40,215 bases of DNA from Nemertoderma westbladi (lineage: Eukaryota; Animalia; Xenacoelomorpha), in NCBI GenBank assembly GCA_032718475.1, contig JAUCBJ010005659.1:1-40215 (forward strand), given 5' to 3'. The position numbers were made by a program, and so were the translations under genes. The notes under the pieces are model-generated. The model was not told the origin of the DNA. It made no database searches and worked only from the letters and a program-made list of their open reading frames with translations. Below are positions 35,320 to 40,215 of this stretch, one piece after another. The number at the start of each line of letters is the position of its first letter. Positions within the stretch are counted from its first letter, which is position 1.

Positions 35320-36144
35320 CACCCCCTGCTGTCCCCTGCTTCGTGCCCTTCTGCCCCCCTTAATCTCCGACTCGACTAACCCGCTTATCTTAAAGGCCCT
35401 ATCGCTCCTACCTCCTGGCACTGTCACACCTCCCAACCCATCTGTCCAGAAGGCCTGGGATGCCCCCCTGTGCTCCAAAACCTACGACTCCCTCCTAGCT
35501 TCTGCCAACACCCGCAAGGCGCAAAGCGAAGGCCCGACTCATCGCCTCTAAGGCTAAACACTCAGGCGATTGGCTCCAGGTGCTTCCCATCGCTTCCCTG
35601 GGGCTCCGTCTTAGCAACGACCAGGTCCGGATCGGGACCGCCATCCGTCTCGGCGCGCCAGTCTGTGCTGAGCATTCCTGTCGAGGCTGTGATGCCACAG
35701 TCGACTCAAGCAGGACTCATGGTCTCAGCTGCCTCCACAACTGTGGTAAATACTCCCGCCACGCTGAGGCCAACGATGTGATCCACCGCGCCCTGTCATC
35801 TGCCGGTAAATCATCCACCCTCGAGCCCCGCAACCTCTGCAAGGATGGCCGGAAACTGGACGGTATGTCTGTCGCCCCTTGGCACCAAGGACGTAGCCTT
35901 GTTTGGGACTTCACCTGCCGGGATACCTTAGCCCAATCCTATCTCCCGATTACATCCATAACCGAAGGTGGTGCTGCCGCAGCGGCCGAGGCAACCAAAT
36001 CTGCAAAATACGCTGACCTGGCTCACAACTATCACTTTGTGACGGTTGCCTCCGAAACCCTCGGCCCAATCGGCGATGAGGGCACCGTTCTCCTTAATGA
36101 GATCGGTCGCCGAATCGCCCGCGCCACCGGGGAACCACAGTCCA
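35320..36144 (+). mobile_element. CRE-clade non-LTR retrotransposon fragment (zinc finger plus restriction-like endonuclease)
   Basis: QKAWDAP, HSGDWLQVLPIASLGLRL, C.GC...D...HGLSC, RH..ND.I.RAL, LEP, RKLDG (canonical RPDG), WDFTC, AE..K..KY, ETLG. Abrupt GC-rich segment truncated at both ends. Confidence 0.88.
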
Positions 36145-36670
36145 CACAGTTGCACACAGCACCGAAAAATACAAGTTTGATACGCTTGGTGCAACTCGTA
36201 TATTTTTCATCGAATCCAGAACCCCAAAAAACCCCAATTGCGCAAAAAACAAGTTTCAAACAATCAATTTAAAAAATTGACTTATTTCAAAATTTGGTGC
36301 TGGCACCATAATTTGTGACCCATCGAAAAAAACAAGTTTGAAATTTCTAAATCAATTTATATGAATTCCATCCAATTTCTAACACCAAAAAACCGGTGTA
36401 AATCAAAAATAGGATGTTACAATTCATATTTAATGAAATGTAATTTTCAAAAAACGTCTCAAAAAAAGTGCCAAAAGTAGGGTTAAAAAATGGTGCTATA
36501 ACTCAAAAAGTACCCAATATTTTTGAAAACGGTTTTCACTACCATGAAGACAATAGATTTTTAGGAAAAGTCATAAAATTTCAGATTCCCAACTGCGTTT
36601 GTTTCAGAATTATAATAAAAAAACCACGGGGGGGGGGGGGGTCATATTGACCCCCCCAGGTTTAATAGGG
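36145..36670. mobile_element. DNA transposon fragments: CACAGT-starting left end and piggyBac-like right end
   Basis: CACAGTT start with repeated ACAAGTTT motifs; right end GGGGTCATATTGACCCCCCC...ATAGGG followed by TTAA (36671-36674). The two ends do not pair. Confidence 0.5.
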
Positions 36671-36671
36671 T

Positions 36672-39600
36672 TAAAGTCACAAATACGCCACAAATAATCC
36701 AAGTCGACATTTTATACAGTATATAGGAATATATAATGTAACAAATTCTCCAATCGGTGTTGATAAAACGCCTTTCGTATAAAAAATAAATCTAAAGGGT
36801 TACAAACACGTCAAAGCTTGTCTTCACATTGCGGAAAGTTTTGCTATCAGTCGCATTATTTCTAAGCCCTGACATATTATGCATTAAGCCTATTTATAGG
36901 ATAGTTCTTTTTACAGAACACAGCAGAACACAGTAGAACACAGCAGAACACAATAGAATACAGGCGGAACATAGGCGAACACAGCTGTAATTAAAATCTA
37001 CACCAAAAAATAACACACTTGGGAAAGTACTGGACTTAATCATACAACTGTAAGATGTCAATTACATATTTAAATTAAATGGCGGTTTTCCATATCCTCC
37101 AAAATAAATTACCTAATCAGAGTTGCCCGATCAGCTGTTCGGTGAGGCCTGTACCTGTTACTAGTCCAGCAGTCTGCCTGTCAGCCTGTTCCAGTACTGC
37201 AGTAGGCCTAGTGCTGTAGAGACATGTACAGACTGACAGACTGTACATTGTACAGACAGACAGATGTAGGCATTTACCGGCAATTACCGGGCACAGTGTA
37301 GAGTATATTACCAATGTACTGATGTAGGCCTACTCAGCTACCGGTACTGTACTGCTGTAGAACTAACCAATTCTCCATGGTTACAGGATAATGAGAAGTA
37401 ATTTATTTTGGAGGATATGGAAAACCGCCATTTAATTTAAATATGTAATTGACATCTTGCAGTTGTATGATTAAATCCGGTACTTTCCCAAGTGTGTTAT
37501 TTTTTGGTGTAGATTTTAATTACAGCTGTGTTCGCCTATGTTCCGCCTGTATTCTATTGTGTTCTGCTGTGTTCTACTGTGTTCTGCTGTGTTCTGTAAA
37601 AAGATATATCCCTATTTATATTAGCCTACTGTACCAGACTGAAAATGATATTTTTTAGATTGTTGGCTGGTCATATTTACTTAACATACTGTACTTTATT
37701 TGACATACAGTATTTGACTTAGCATACTCTACTTGACATAATTGACTTGACATACTTGACTTGACAAAGTTGACTTCACTTGATATACTAACTTTGCTTA
37801 ACATACTAAACTTGACTTGACATATTTGAATTGACCTGACTTGAAATTCTTCAGTAAAGACAAGTCAAATAGGTAAATTCAAGTCAAGTATTACAAGTTA
37901 AGTAAAGTAGGCCTTAAAGTCAACTTATGTCAAGTTTAGTGATTACTATAAAAGGCTTATGGATGACTACTACATTCTGAAAGTTTACATTTTTTTAATG
38001 TCACCACTTAATCGCATAATGGAACTATTTCGTCAATTGAAGTCGATAAAACTCCAAAATGTAGAAAAAAATAAATATTTAAAGTCACAAAAACACTACA
38101 AATAATATAATTGGTGATTTTATATTGTAGAAATGTATAATGTAGCAAATTCTACAATCGGTGTCGATGAAACGCCATTTGAATAAAACAATAAATCTAA
38201 AGGGCTACAAATACGTCAAAAATAAAGCCAAGTCGCAGAGGAAAGAATAAAACTAGAGATTTTAACTGAACATTATTTAGAAAAAATCTCTTGGGCTGAA
38301 AAACTAATGGAATAACTGGCATTTCAAACTGAAACTTGTCCTCACATATCGGAAAAAGTTGCTTTCAGTCGTATAATTTCTAAGCCCTGACATTGTGCGT
38401 GCATTAGGCCTTTTTATATTACCGCACCAGACTGAAAATGATAATTTTTTAGATTCAACTTTATAAAAAGAACACCGATTACCTGACATACTTGACATTG
38501 CATACTTGAGATGGCTTGACATACTTAAATTGAGATATGCCCCACTTCACTTGTCATACTTGATTTTATATAGGCTTGCTTGTCTTAACATACTGTATTT
38601 ACTTGACATACAGTACTTGATTTGACATATTTGACTAACATACTTTACATGGCATACTTGAATTAACTTGGCTTGACATACGTGACTTCCACTTGATAGG
38701 CCTTGCTTTAATTTACATACTAGATATACTTGACTTGACATACTGCACTTGACTTGACATAATTGACTTCATATACTTGAATTGACCTGACTTGACATAC
38801 TTGATTTAACATGGCTATATTACATCGTTTGACATACTATTCTTGATATAAGAAATTGTCTCCCAGACATTATCTCAACTCAATTATTCTTGATATACTC
38901 ATTCATTATACTATATACTTGTCTTGACATATTTGACTAACATACTTTACTTGACATTCTTGACTTGACTTGACTTGGCCTTTACATAACTGACTTGAGA
39001 TACTTGACTTCACTTGATAAACCGTGCTTGACTTGACATACTCGACTTCACTTGATGCACTTGACTGATACACTTGATTCCATTATTTATGCATACATTT
39101 TTTCATTGTCACAACTTAATCGCATTATGAAACAATTTCATCAATTGAAGTCTATAAAACGCCAAAGGTAGAAAAAAAATAATAATCTGCACTAGGCCTA
39201 CTGAAGGCCATTTTCGTTGAGGCTTTGAGGTTTTTGGTCAATCAGTTATTAGTCATTAAAGTCATTAGTTATAGACACTTGCTTCTTCTTATCGTTTTTA
39301 CATTTTGATTGAAACATAATTCCAGGGTATATACCCCCCCCCCCCCCCCCCCCCCCCTCCTCCTCCTATGCCTTAATATGGCTATGTCAGAGTGAAACGC
39401 GGGAGGCAACCTAAAGAGTCTATCTTCTTTCTCTTGGAAGTTGCCTGTAACCTACCTCATCAATTGCAGGTTGATTTAACTAAGATGTGCCAATAATGCT
39501 CCCACAGGAACCATCAGCTATTACAAAAAGCCCGATAAGTGTCAATCATCTATGTAATCTTCAGGAAAACCAATTTCATAATATAATAGCCGATTTATCT

Positions 39601-40113
39601 GGAGTCCAGCCAATGGCATTCTAGAACGGTTTATGTAGCACAATGTAGCGACGTCCTTAAGTACGCTGATTTGCCAACCCTGCGAGTTGGTAAATATTCG
39701 GATTCTAGGCCTGGGACGGTATTATGATGGGGGGTGGTAGTGCTGGTGTCAAGTCTAGCATGTCAAGTCAAGTATATCAAAATAAATTAAAAATTAGAAC
39801 CTTAACATTCCTACACCATTACTGAATATAGTGTCTTTATTTTAGTGTCGATATTATATTGCACCAGTTGCGCCGTTATTCTTCGTACTGTATTTATAGT
39901 GAATTCTGGGTTCCAAAGGAAAGGTATCATGGAAGCGTGTCAGAAAACGCGGCTAAAAGCGCGGAAAAAACGCCTCAACGAAAATGGCCTTCGGTAGGCC
40001 TAGTGCAAATTATTATTTGTTTTCTACCTTTGGCGTTTTATGGACTTCAATTAACGAAATTGTTTCATAATGCGATTAAGTTGTGACAATGAAAAAATGT
40101 ATGCATAAATAAT
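36672..40113. repeat. Composite tandem/foldback repeat with GACTT/TTGACATAC arrays
   Basis: Unit 1 (36672-38078, minus the MULE) is homologous to unit 2 (38079-39185); 39083-39223 is inverted at 39972-40113; simple GACTTGACATACTT-type arrays at 37680-37930 and 38480-39075. Confidence 0.8.
36899..37611. mobile_element. Mutator-like (MULE) MITE
   Basis: 214-bp TIRs (36899-37112 / 37398-37611, about 5 mismatches) starting GG; 9-bp TSD CTATTTATA (36890-36898, 37612-37620); 10-bp CAGAACACAG subrepeats. Confidence 0.95.
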
Positions 40114-40215
40114 CACAAGGTATTCATAAGGTATATCATAAGGTAACAAAGTATTCACAGTGTTGAAGTCAATGGCTTCTATGTCCAACTCAATTTATCG
40201 ATTATACTCAATGTT

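Noticed and set aside
36145-36272. C-terminal tail of the 230-aa ORF as part of the CRE protein
   Set aside because: Read-through into the adjacent AT-rich DNA transposon fragment after ATGEPQST.

Overview
AT-rich eukaryotic (metazoan, probably invertebrate) genomic DNA, with no sign of prokaryotic operons, CRISPR or rRNA. The only convincing host genes are two same-strand paralogous rhodopsin-class 7TM receptors with uninterrupted ORFs (10213-11445 and 33712-34908), resembling lineage-expanded chemoreceptor/peptide-receptor-like GPCRs. A ~0.5 kb non-coding module lies upstream of each and occurs a third time (22746-23221) with no receptor behind it, which suggests a lost third paralog. The rest is a dense, nested transposon graveyard: two RTE-clade LINE families (7 pieces, two with clear TSDs), L2/Crack/CR1-group LINEs (one carrying a virus-like 2A motif, GDIETNPGP, plus a PHD finger), a CRE-clade fragment, a Gypsy gag remnant, a hAT deletion derivative with 8-bp TSD, a Mutator-type MITE with 214-bp TIRs and 9-bp TSD, tRNA-derived SINEs, an OTU-protease remnant, foldbacks and minisatellites. 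Family assignments rest on motif recognition by eye; no database searches were run.
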